From Flavobacteriales bacterium (GTDB lineage Bacteria > Bacteroidota > Bacteroidia > Flavobacteriales_F > PHOS-HE28), in assembly GCA_039931265.1 (NCBI GenBank), contig JBDTSG010000001.1:4521-68520 (forward strand): a stretch of DNA of 64,000 nucleotides, read 5' to 3'. Made by a program: the position numbers and the translations under genes. Positions 37,978-46,652 of the stretch are shown here, one piece after another (the stretch's first letter is position 1; each line of letters starts with the position of its first letter). The notes under the pieces were generated by a model. The model was given only the letters and a program-made list of their open reading frames with translations. It ran no database searches and was not told the origin of the DNA.

Positions 37978-40017
37978 ATGAAACAACGAAGTACACTCGC
38001 CAACGGCCGTGGCCCAAAACCCTGGCTGAAGCGCACCCTGCCCGCCCTGTTCGCGGCTGCCCTACTGAGCGTTCAGCAAGTCTCCGCCTCGCACATCGTG
38101 GGGTCGGAGATCCTCTGGGAATGCATGGGCAACAACCAATACCGGATCACCCTCAACCTGTTCCGCGATTGCGCGGGCATAGTCCCGAACACGCAAGAGT
38201 CGATCACGTTCGATTCGCCTTGCGGCCAGCAATCGCTTACCGTGAACAACACGAGCATTACTGAAGTATCGCAGTTATGCGCCGCCGAGCTCCCGAACAG
38301 TTCCTGCAATGGCGGTTCGTTGCCAGGCGTGGCACAGTGGGTTTATTCCGGTCTCATCACCCTTCCGCCATGCGATACCTGGACCATGACCTGGAGCCAA
38401 TGCTGCCGCAACGGGGCTATCGTTAACCTGGTGGACCCCAGCTCGCTGAGCTTTCAGTTGGAAAGCACGCTGAACAATGCAGGCTCCTCCTGCGATGATT
38501 CGCCCGTGTTCAACAATGCCCCTATCCCGTACGTGTGCGTCAACCAACCGGTTTCGTACAGCTTCGGTGTGAGCGACCAGGACGGCGACCTGCTCTCTTA
38601 TGAGTTCGTCAGCGCGATGCAGTCCGGTGGTACACCCGTACCCTACCAGTCCGGATACACCTTCGGCGCGCCCATTCCCGGGATCACCCTGAATCCTTCC
38701 AGCGGCCTGATCACGTTCACGCCCACGTTGTTGGGCAATTTCGTGGTGACCTTCAAGGTGGTGGAACACGATAACCTGAACAACGTGATCGGCTCCGTGA
38801 CGCGCGACATGCAGTTCGTGGTGATCCCCTGTACCAACCAGCCGCCTGACCCGAACGCAGGTGCCATCACCAACCTCTCCGGCACTGCCCTTCAAACAGA
38901 ATCGTATTCGCTCGATATGTGCGAAACGGATCAGTTCTGCTTCGATCTCGCGATCAGCGATCCCGACGCAACCGATGGGTTGACTTTGACGAGCAACGTT
39001 GGCGCGGTGCTGCCCGGTGCAACGTTCAGCTCCAGCGGTACGAACCCGGCTACCGGCACCGTATGCTGGACGGGCACCGCTGGTAGCAGCGGCTTCTACT
39101 CCTTCATCGTTACAGCTACCGATGACGCCTGCCCGCAGAGTGCGTTCCAGACCTACGTGTACAGTGTTACGGTGCAGTCCTGCGGTGATACCTGCCAGTT
39201 GCGCACGCAGACCATGGGAGGCTGGGGCGCGCGGCCGAACGGGAACAATCCTGCCGCTTACCTGCACGCGAACTTTGCCAGCGCGTTCCCATTCGGGCTC
39301 ACCGTGGGTGGCACCTGCGGCAACGGACGCACGTTGGTGCTTACCAACGCACAGGCTGTCACCGACTTCCTGCCTTCGGCCGGCACACCTGCCAAACTAC
39401 CCCCGGGTTCCTTGGTGGACCCGACCGGCTACGGCAACACTTTGGCGGGCCAGTTGGTCGCCACGACCTTGAGCGTGGCCTTCGATGCTGCGGACCCGGA
39501 CTTCGGCAGCAGTTCTGCGTTGCTCGGTGAAACCTACGTTGCGCAGGGGGTGTTCCTGGGCATGTCGGTGGACTTCATCCTGGGCTTGGCCAACGCCAAG
39601 ATCGGCAACTGTGGCGGCCCGTATTCGCTGAAGCAGTTGAACAAGGTGCTCAACAGTATCAATAAGAACTTCGTGGACGGCACCACCAACAATGGCTTCC
39701 TCTCGTGCGAGAAGAAAGAAAACGAGGAGGACAGGTTGATGACCACCACGGATGGGGCGACGGACGAACTGCTCGCATATCCGAATCCCGCCAATGACAA
39801 ATTGATGGTTCGTACCCTGACCGTAGCCGACGGACAAGTAACGGTTAGGTTGATGGATATCACCGGCCGTGCGGTTGTGACGGGCGTCACCTACAGCGCG
39901 GTCGCAGGTGAGCTTCGTGAGTCGGCCCTTGACGTGTCGGGCCTGCAAAGCGGGGTGTATGTCTTGCGCGTAGAGCGCGATGGCTATGCGATGATCGAGA
40001 CCATCGTTGTGGACTGA
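37978..40017 (+). CDS. Cys-rich secreted protein with T9SS type A sorting domain
   Basis: Signal peptide, SHIVG.EI.W.C...Y.ITL.LFRDC N-domain, CCRN; C-terminal AYPNP...SGVYVLRV. Confidence 0.88.
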   Translation: MKQRSTLANGRGPKPWLKRTLPALFAAALLSVQQVSASHIVGSEILWECMGNNQYRITLNLFRDCAGIVPNTQESITFDSPCGQQSLTVNNTSITEVSQLCAAELPNSSCNGGSLPGVAQWVYSGLITLPPCDTWTMTWSQCCRNGAIVNLVDPSSLSFQLESTLNNAGSSCDDSPVFNNAPIPYVCVNQPVSYSFGVSDQDGDLLSYEFVSAMQSGGTPVPYQSGYTFGAPIPGITLNPSSGLITFTPTLLGNFVVTFKVVEHDNLNNVIGSVTRDMQFVVIPCTNQPPDPNAGAITNLSGTALQTESYSLDMCETDQFCFDLAISDPDATDGLTLTSNVGAVLPGATFSSSGTNPATGTVCWTGTAGSSGFYSFIVTATDDACPQSAFQTYVYSVTVQSCGDTCQLRTQTMGGWGARPNGNNPAAYLHANFASAFPFGLTVGGTCGNGRTLVLTNAQAVTDFLPSAGTPAKLPPGSLVDPTGYGNTLAGQLVATTLSVAFDAADPDFGSSSALLGETYVAQGVFLGMSVDFILGLANAKIGNCGGPYSLKQLNKVLNSINKNFVDGTTNNGFLSCEKKENEEDRLMTTTDGATDELLAYPNPANDKLMVRTLTVADGQVTVRLMDITGRAVVTGVTYSAVAGELRESALDVSGLQSGVYVLRVERDGYAMIETIVVD

Positions 40018-40038
40018 TACCGCAGTTGAATGAGATGG

Positions 40039-40075
40039 CAGCGGCGCGTTCCGAAAGGGGCGCGCCGCTGTTCTT
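40039..40075 (+). terminator. Probable intrinsic terminator
   Basis: cagcggcgcgttcc-gaaa-ggggcgcgccgctg followed by ttctt. Confidence 0.7.
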
Positions 40076-40184
40076 GATGGCCCAGAGGATCTCCGACCGA
40101 AGTGCACCTTTGCTTCCCACCGGACCGCCTTCACGCTGCACTGCATGGGTGAAACGTCCACCGGTGATCCCAATGAACGCAAGC

Positions 40185-40565
40185 ATGAAAAAGCCCATCC
40201 ATCCGCCCGGCGCGGCAAAGCCGATAGCACCGTACACCCCGGCCATGGAAGCCAATGGCTTCGTTTTCATCAGCGGCCAGGTCGCTTTCAGGGGCGCCAG
40301 TGGCCAACTGGCCATGGGCAGTATTGAAGAAGAAACCACACAGGTGATGGAGAACATCGGCATCCTGTTGCGCGCAGCCGGCCTCGGCTATGAGCACTTG
40401 GTGAAAGTCACCATCTTCCTCAGCGACATGGCGCACTACGGCACCGTGAACACCGTGTACGGATCCTACTTCAAGGATGCGCCACCTGCGCGCGAAGCGG
40501 TCGCCGTGAAGGGACTGCCGGCAAACGCGAACGTTGAGATCAGTGGGATCGCGGTACGCGGCTAG
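40185..40565 (+). CDS. RidA/YjgF family imine deaminase
   Basis: PY.PA, FISGQ, VKVTIFL.DM, N.VY..YF, PAR and LP....VEI motifs. Confidence 0.93.
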   Translation: MKKPIHPPGAAKPIAPYTPAMEANGFVFISGQVAFRGASGQLAMGSIEEETTQVMENIGILLRAAGLGYEHLVKVTIFLSDMAHYGTVNTVYGSYFKDAPPAREAVAVKGLPANANVEISGIAVRG

Positions 40566-40567
40566 GT

Positions 40568-41062
40568 TCAGTTCAGCCGCTTCAACTGGCTGCCGAACGC
40601 TGCCGTCATTGCCACGGACATGAACAGTCCGAACACGCCGACCATGCTCCATGCCTGCAAAACCATGGGCAGGAAGATGCCGCCGATCTGGGCCACGGCA
40701 TAAATGAAAAAGCCGCCGCGTTTCGCGCGCCAAATCCCGATGGTACCAACCAGCCGCACTAGTGTGCGCAGGAAGAGCAGGGCACAGAGCAGCGCACCAG
40801 TGTTGTACATGATCGGCATGATCGTGTCGATCTGCGCGTACTTTTCTTCGGGCACGCTCTGACGCATAGGCTCCATGGCCTCCTCCACTTTCGCCGCGAA
40901 CTCTTCATAGGGCACGCTGCTCAACGCGCTCATGCCCCACCAAGCAAAGCCATACAGCAGCAGGAAACCTCCGGTGTTGATGAAACTGAGGATCCCCAAG
41001 AAGGTGACGAGGCCAGGACGCTGGGTGTTTCCCAAAGCATCGGGCTGGTATTGTACAGGCAT
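40568..41062 (-). CDS. Hypothetical membrane protein
   Basis: RP...T.LGILSFI N-terminus and four hydrophobic segments. Confidence 0.7.
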   Translation of the reverse strand: MPVQYQPDALGNTQRPGLVTFLGILSFINTGGFLLLYGFAWWGMSALSSVPYEEFAAKVEEAMEPMRQSVPEEKYAQIDTIMPIMYNTGALLCALLFLRTLVRLVGTIGIWRAKRGGFFIYAVAQIGGIFLPMVLQAWSMVGVFGLFMSVAMTAAFGSQLKRLN

Positions 41063-41154
41063 GGTGTTGTGACTTGTCGGCAAAGTAAACCGCCCGAAGC
41101 CACGCAGGTGAACGGCTACATTCGCACCCACTTTTCCAAGAGCATTCCAACACA

Positions 41155-42543
41155 ATGAGCTACGACGTCATCGTTCTCGGCAGTGGCCCCGGCGGCTATG
41201 TTGCCGCCATCCGTGCCAGCCAACTCGGTTTGAAAACAGCCATCGTTGAGCGCGAGGCGCTTGGTGGCATCTGCCTCAACTGGGGTTGCATACCAACCAA
41301 GGCGTTGCTGAAGAGCGCGCAGGTGTTCGAGTACATCAACCACGCGAAGGATTACGGGATCACCGTGGGTGCTGGCACGCCGGATATAAAGGCCATTGTG
41401 GCCCGCAGCCGTGGCGTAGCCGATGGCATGAGCAAGGGCGTGCAGTTCCTGATGAAGAAGAACAAGATCGATGTGATCATGGGCGTGGGCCTGTTGCAGC
41501 CCGGCAAGAAGATCGAAGTGACCGGCGCAGACGGCAAGAAGCAGGTGCTTGAAGGCAAGCACATCATCATCGCAACAGGCGCGCGCAGCCGTGCGCTGCC
41601 GAACCTGCCGCAGGACGGCAAGAAGATCATCGGCTACCGCGAAGCCATGGTGCTGGCGGAACAACCGAAAAGCATGGTGGTGGTGGGCAGCGGTGCCATC
41701 GGCAGCGAGTTCGCCTATTTCTACAACGGCATCGGCACCAAGGTGACCCTTGTCGAGTTCCTGCCGAACGTGGTGCCTGTGGAGGACGAGGACGTGAGCA
41801 AGCAACTGGAGAAGAGTTTCAAGAAGCAGGGCATCGATGTGATGGTCTCCTCGGAAGTGACCAAGGTGGACACCAGTGGCAAAGGCTGCAAGGTGACCGT
41901 GAAGAGTGCCGCAGGCGAGAAGGTGATCGAGTGCGATATCGTATTGAGCGCTGTGGGCATCGCCTCCAACATCGAAGGCATCGGTCTCGAAGCGGTCGGC
42001 ATCGTCACCGACAAAGGCAAGATCAAGACCGACGAGATGTACAAGACCAATATCCCGGGCTATTACGCCATTGGCGATGCAACACCGGGCCAAGCGCTCG
42101 CGCACGTTGCAAGTGCCGAAGGCATCATCTGCGTGGAAGCCATTGCTGGCCAGAAGCCGCATGCCTTGGACTACGGCAACATACCGGGCTGCACCTATTG
42201 CTCACCGGAAGTTGCCAGTGTTGGCATGACCGAGAAGCAGTGCAAGGAAAAAGGACTGGAGATCAAAGTGGGCAAGTTCCCCTTCAGCGCCAGCGGTAAA
42301 GCCAGCGCGGCCGGAGCCAAGGACGGTTTCGTGAAACTGATCTTCGATGCCAAGTACGGCGAGCTGCTCGGTGCACACATGATCGGCATGAACGTTACGG
42401 AGATGATCGCCGAGTGCGTGAGCATCCGCAAGTTGGAGACCACCGGCCACGAGATCATCAAGACCGTGCACCCGCACCCGACCATGAGCGAAGCGATCAT
42501 GGAAGCGGCCGCAGCAGCGTACGGCGAGGTGATCCACCTGTAG
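41155..42543 (+). CDS. lpdA: Dihydrolipoyl dehydrogenase
   Basis: GSGPGGY, GGICLNWGCIPTK, G.GAIG.E and HPHPTMSE motifs. Confidence 0.97.
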   Translation: MSYDVIVLGSGPGGYVAAIRASQLGLKTAIVEREALGGICLNWGCIPTKALLKSAQVFEYINHAKDYGITVGAGTPDIKAIVARSRGVADGMSKGVQFLMKKNKIDVIMGVGLLQPGKKIEVTGADGKKQVLEGKHIIIATGARSRALPNLPQDGKKIIGYREAMVLAEQPKSMVVVGSGAIGSEFAYFYNGIGTKVTLVEFLPNVVPVEDEDVSKQLEKSFKKQGIDVMVSSEVTKVDTSGKGCKVTVKSAAGEKVIECDIVLSAVGIASNIEGIGLEAVGIVTDKGKIKTDEMYKTNIPGYYAIGDATPGQALAHVASAEGIICVEAIAGQKPHALDYGNIPGCTYCSPEVASVGMTEKQCKEKGLEIKVGKFPFSASGKASAAGAKDGFVKLIFDAKYGELLGAHMIGMNVTEMIAECVSIRKLETTGHEIIKTVHPHPTMSEAIMEAAAAAYGEVIHL

Positions 42544-42563
42544 GGGCGGAAGATCTTCCGCCC
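42540..42563 (+). repeat. REP-like palindrome with GTAG foot, copy 2
   Basis: GTAG-gggcggaagatcttccgccc, a perfect 20-bp palindrome whose GTAG overlaps the lpdA stop. Confidence 0.78.
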
Positions 42564-42618
42564 GCCAAGTGGTGTTCCGATGGACACACCGCGCAACAGG
42601 TGGATGTTACAGAAGACC

Positions 42619-44493
42619 ATGTGTGGCATAGTCGGATCCTATCGCATCAGCGCGAACGCCCCTATCGGCGAGGATCGTTTGCGTGCCGCGTTGCAATGCA
42701 TCGCGCACCGTGGTCCGGATGATGAAGGCCTCCTGCGCGAAGGGCGCGCTTCGCTGGGGCAACGACGGCTGAGCATCATCGACACCAGTTCGGCTGGTCA
42801 CCAGCCTTTCATTGATGATGGTGGGCGGTACAGCATCACGTTCAACGGGGAGGTCTTCAACTTCCAGGAACTGCGCGCTGGACTGGAAAAACAAGGCCAT
42901 ACGTTCCGGAGCCACAGCGACACGGAAGTCGTGCTGCGTCTGTACACGTTGAAAGGCCCCGCGTTCCTGCACGACCTCAATGGCTTCTTCGCCCTCGCCA
43001 TCCACGACAAGGAGACGGATGAACTTTTCGTTGCGCGCGATCGGTTCGGTGTGAAGCCCTTGTGGTGGTGCGAAACCGATGGGCACTTCCATTTCAGCAG
43101 CGAACTGCGCGGGTTGATGGCCTTGGGTGCAACGCGCACCATGGATCGGCATTCGCTCCAGCAGTACTTCACCTACCACTACGTCCCTGCTCCCAACACG
43201 ATCTTCAGCAGCACGCACAAGTTGTTGCCGGGCCATTCGATCACAGTGAGCGCAACTGGCGCTCGTGTGGAACGCTGGTATGATGTGGTGGAAGCGAGCA
43301 AGCAGGTGAAGCGCTCCACCGATCCGAAGAAGACGCTCTTCGATCTGATGGACGATGCCGTGCGCATGCGCTTGATCGCCGACGTTCCCGTAGGCACCTT
43401 CCTGAGCGGTGGCGTGGACAGTAGCATCGTGAGCGCTTTGGCCGCGCGGCACCACAACAACCTGCACACCTTCAGCATCGGGTATACCGATGATCCCTTC
43501 TTCGATGAATCGCGTTACGCGGAGGAAGTGGCACGGCATATCAAGAGCGAACATTCGACCTTCAAGCTCACGCGCGAAGAGTTGGCCGAAGCCTACCCGC
43601 GCCTGCTCGCCGCCACCGACGAACCGTTCGCCGATAGCAGTGCCCTCCCCTCTTTCATCCTGTGCGAGCGCACGCGCAAGCATGTGACCGTTGCGGTGAG
43701 CGGCGACGGTGCCGATGAAGTCTTTGGTGGCTATCAGAAACACCAAGCCGAGTTGCGCTGGCGTTCGCCCGGTGCAGCGGAACGTGCGGTGACTTTGTTG
43801 GCCCCTCTTTGGAGCGCGTTGCCACGATCGCGCAACGGCGCCTTGCAGAACAAGTTCCGCCAGTTCGATCGCTTCGCACGTTTGGCGAAAGGTGAAGAAG
43901 CCTCCCGTTTCCTGGAACTCGCAGCCTTCTCCGAACCCGGTGCCGCCGATCGCTTGGTACCGAACGCCGCGACCAATGAAGAGCGTCGCGCCCGCGCAAA
44001 GGCGATGTCCAATGGTGTTGATCGCGTGACCGGATTGAACGGTGTGTTGCTCGGCGATGTGATGACCACATTGCCCAACGACATGCTGCACAAGGTGGAC
44101 CTCACCAGCATGGCGCATGCACTTGAAGTTCGCACGCCCTTCTTGGACAAGCGCGTTGTGGAATTCGCCTTCAGCCTGCCAGCCGAAGAGAAGCTGCACA
44201 AAGGCTCGGGCAAGCACATCCTCCGCGAAACCTTCGGCCACATCCTGCCCGCGACCGTGATGACCCGGAGCAAGAAAGGATTCGAAGTGCCGCTGCTGGA
44301 GCTCTTAAGGGGACCCATGGCATCCTTGGCGGATGGGCTATTGGAGAAGGATCTGGTGGAAGCAGCGGGCTTGAGTTGGATGGAAGTAAGCGCCGTTCGC
44401 AAGCAGCTTGCTTCGACAAGTCCCGGAAGTGCACAGGCAACCGTACACGCCCTGCTCGTCTACTTATCGTGGTGGAAAAGATGGATGGCATAA
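42619..44493 (+). CDS. asnB: Asparagine synthase-like glutamine amidotransferase (polysaccharide-locus type)
   Basis: MCGI, HRGPD, RLSIID, FNGE.FN, RDRFGVKP, LSGGVDSS and SGDGADE motifs. Confidence 0.93.
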   Translation: MCGIVGSYRISANAPIGEDRLRAALQCIAHRGPDDEGLLREGRASLGQRRLSIIDTSSAGHQPFIDDGGRYSITFNGEVFNFQELRAGLEKQGHTFRSHSDTEVVLRLYTLKGPAFLHDLNGFFALAIHDKETDELFVARDRFGVKPLWWCETDGHFHFSSELRGLMALGATRTMDRHSLQQYFTYHYVPAPNTIFSSTHKLLPGHSITVSATGARVERWYDVVEASKQVKRSTDPKKTLFDLMDDAVRMRLIADVPVGTFLSGGVDSSIVSALAARHHNNLHTFSIGYTDDPFFDESRYAEEVARHIKSEHSTFKLTREELAEAYPRLLAATDEPFADSSALPSFILCERTRKHVTVAVSGDGADEVFGGYQKHQAELRWRSPGAAERAVTLLAPLWSALPRSRNGALQNKFRQFDRFARLAKGEEASRFLELAAFSEPGAADRLVPNAATNEERRARAKAMSNGVDRVTGLNGVLLGDVMTTLPNDMLHKVDLTSMAHALEVRTPFLDKRVVEFAFSLPAEEKLHKGSGKHILRETFGHILPATVMTRSKKGFEVPLLELLRGPMASLADGLLEKDLVEAAGLSWMEVSAVRKQLASTSPGSAQATVHALLVYLSWWKRWMA

Positions 44494-44546
44494 GGCCCTG
44501 CCATCAGTGTGTTACACGGTAAGTTCGCGTCCCTTCAAGCAGACCC

Positions 44547-45773
44547 ATGCCTCGCGTCCTGCGCATCATCAACCGGTTCAACCTCGGTGGCCCCACGCAC
44601 AATGTGGCTTACCTGAGCAAGTACTTGGCCCCGGAATTCGAGACATTGTTGGTGGGCGGCAAATGGGGCGAGAACGAAGAAGGCAGCCAGCACATCCTCG
44701 ACAACCTTGGTTTGGAACCGGTTTTCCTGCCAGAGATGCAGCGCGAGGTGGCCCCATGGCGTGATCGCGCAGCCTACCGTCGGATCAAGCAGATCATTCA
44801 GGAGTTCAAGCCCGATATCGTGCACACGCATGCCGCAAAGGCCGGTGCCGTGGGCCGTATGGCTGCGGCCGATCTGGGCGTGCCTGTGATCGTGCATACT
44901 TTCCACGGGCACATCTTCCACAGCTACTTCGGGCAGGTGCGCACCCAGTTGTACAAGAGCATTGAACGTTTCCTTGCCCGGCGTAGCACGCGTATCGTGG
45001 CTATCAGCGATCGGCAGAAAGAAGAACTGGTGGATGAACACCGCATTTGCCCCGCCGAGAAAGTGACCGTGATCCCGCTCGGCTTCGATCTTTCCCGGTT
45101 CCAAACCGACCAAGCCACCAAGCGCAAACTCTTCCGCAAGGTTTACGGGGTTGATGACGATGAGATCGCCATCGGGATCGTTGGGCGCCTAGTACCGGTG
45201 AAGAACCACGACCTCTTCCTCAACGCTTTGCAGAACGTGAGCGAACGCACCGGCAAACGCGTTCGGGCGTTCATTGTCGGGGACGGTGAGGAGCGCGAGC
45301 GCTTGGAGCAGAAAGTGATCGCCTTGGGCATGAGCATGGCCAAAGGCCCCTACTTCAATGGCCACGGCTTCGGCCATGGTGTTAATGGCAAGCCCGTGGT
45401 GGCCAAAGCCACGGTCACCTTCACCAGTTGGATCAAGGAGATCGACATCGTAAATGCCGGTGTGGATCTGGTGGCCCTCACATCGTTGAACGAAGGGACA
45501 CCGGTGAGCCTCATAGAAGCCCAAGCCAGTAACCGGCCGATCGTAAGCACCGCCGTCGGAGGCATAGAGAACGTGGTACTGCCCGGCCGCACCGCCTTGC
45601 TCAGCGCGAGCGAGGATCAGGGTGCCCTTGCCGACAACATGCTCCGGATCGTGGAAGATGATCAGTTGCGGGCAAGCATGAGCATTGCCGGTTGGCAGCA
45701 TGTGAAAGCCAAATACCACTTCAGCAGGTTGGTGGAGGATACCGCCGACCTGTACCGATCGCTGCTCAACTGA
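44547..45773 (+). CDS. GT4 family glycosyltransferase
   Basis: PDIVHTHAAKAG, HTFHG, GRL..VKN and S.NEG.P.SLIEA motifs. Confidence 0.92.
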   Translation: MPRVLRIINRFNLGGPTHNVAYLSKYLAPEFETLLVGGKWGENEEGSQHILDNLGLEPVFLPEMQREVAPWRDRAAYRRIKQIIQEFKPDIVHTHAAKAGAVGRMAAADLGVPVIVHTFHGHIFHSYFGQVRTQLYKSIERFLARRSTRIVAISDRQKEELVDEHRICPAEKVTVIPLGFDLSRFQTDQATKRKLFRKVYGVDDDEIAIGIVGRLVPVKNHDLFLNALQNVSERTGKRVRAFIVGDGEERERLEQKVIALGMSMAKGPYFNGHGFGHGVNGKPVVAKATVTFTSWIKEIDIVNAGVDLVALTSLNEGTPVSLIEAQASNRPIVSTAVGGIENVVLPGRTALLSASEDQGALADNMLRIVEDDQLRASMSIAGWQHVKAKYHFSRLVEDTADLYRSLLN

Positions 45774-45792
45774 GCCTGCGGGATCGGATCGT

Positions 45793-45800
45793 TACTTTTG
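45793..45800 (+). promoter_or_regulatory. Candidate Bacteroidota -7 promoter box upstream of wza
   Basis: TACTTTTG exact match to TAnnTTTG in the intergenic region. Confidence 0.55.
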
Positions 45801-45877
45801 GCCGCCCACGTACACGGCCACCGGCGCACGGGGGCCCTCAAGCAACCCGGGACAATACACCCACCGTGACGAATAGA

Positions 45878-46648
45878 ATGAAAGGAAGCAGCAAGACCTG
45901 GTGCGTATTGTTCCTTGTCGCAATGCTCGGCGCCAGCTGCACGGTGAACCGGGACATCATGTTCAAGACGCCGGTGGATTATGCGTTCGATCAGTTGCCG
46001 GACAGTGCTCCGGAAACATTCCGCATCCAGGCAAACGACAACATCCAGTTCAGGCTGTTCGCCAATGGAGGCTTCAAAATGATCGATCTGGTGAGCGATG
46101 ACCAAGGCGATGCACGTGCGATCCAGCGCCTCTCGTTCATTTACCCGGTTGAGTTCGACGGCATGGTGAAGTTGCCGATCATAGGCCGCACCAAGCTGGC
46201 GGGGTTAACCCTGCGCGAGGCCGAGATGATGCTCGAGGACATCTATCGCGTTTACTACAAGCTTCCCTTCGTGCAACTGTCCGTCACCAATCGGCGGGTA
46301 GTGGTTTTCAACGGAGGTGGCGGTACGGCGCGCGTGGTTCCCATCGAGAACAATAACGCCACGCTATTGGAAGTGATCGGGCTGTCCGGAGGCCTGGACG
46401 ATAGGGCCAATGCGCACAAGGTGAAAGTGTTCAGGAAAAAGCCCGGAGGCGGACGTTGGGTTTACGAATTCGACCTCTCCGACATCGATGGCTTGAAGTA
46501 CGCTGACATGGTGATGCAAGGCGACGATGTGGTGTATGTGCAACCCAACGCCGACATAGCCAAAGAACTCCTCCAGGACCTCGGCCCTGTGATCTCCCTG
46601 CTTACCAGCGTGATCCTCGTTTACGGGATCGTGAACGGATTCAAGTGA
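45878..46648 (+). CDS. wza: Polysaccharide export outer-membrane lipoprotein (Wza-like)
   Basis: Lipobox-like GASC, DG.VKLPIIG...LAGLT..EA poly_export motif, SLBB-like TLLEVIGLSGG. Confidence 0.88.
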   Translation: MKGSSKTWCVLFLVAMLGASCTVNRDIMFKTPVDYAFDQLPDSAPETFRIQANDNIQFRLFANGGFKMIDLVSDDQGDARAIQRLSFIYPVEFDGMVKLPIIGRTKLAGLTLREAEMMLEDIYRVYYKLPFVQLSVTNRRVVVFNGGGGTARVVPIENNNATLLEVIGLSGGLDDRANAHKVKVFRKKPGGGRWVYEFDLSDIDGLKYADMVMQGDDVVYVQPNADIAKELLQDLGPVISLLTSVILVYGIVNGFK

Positions 46649-46652
46649 GCGC

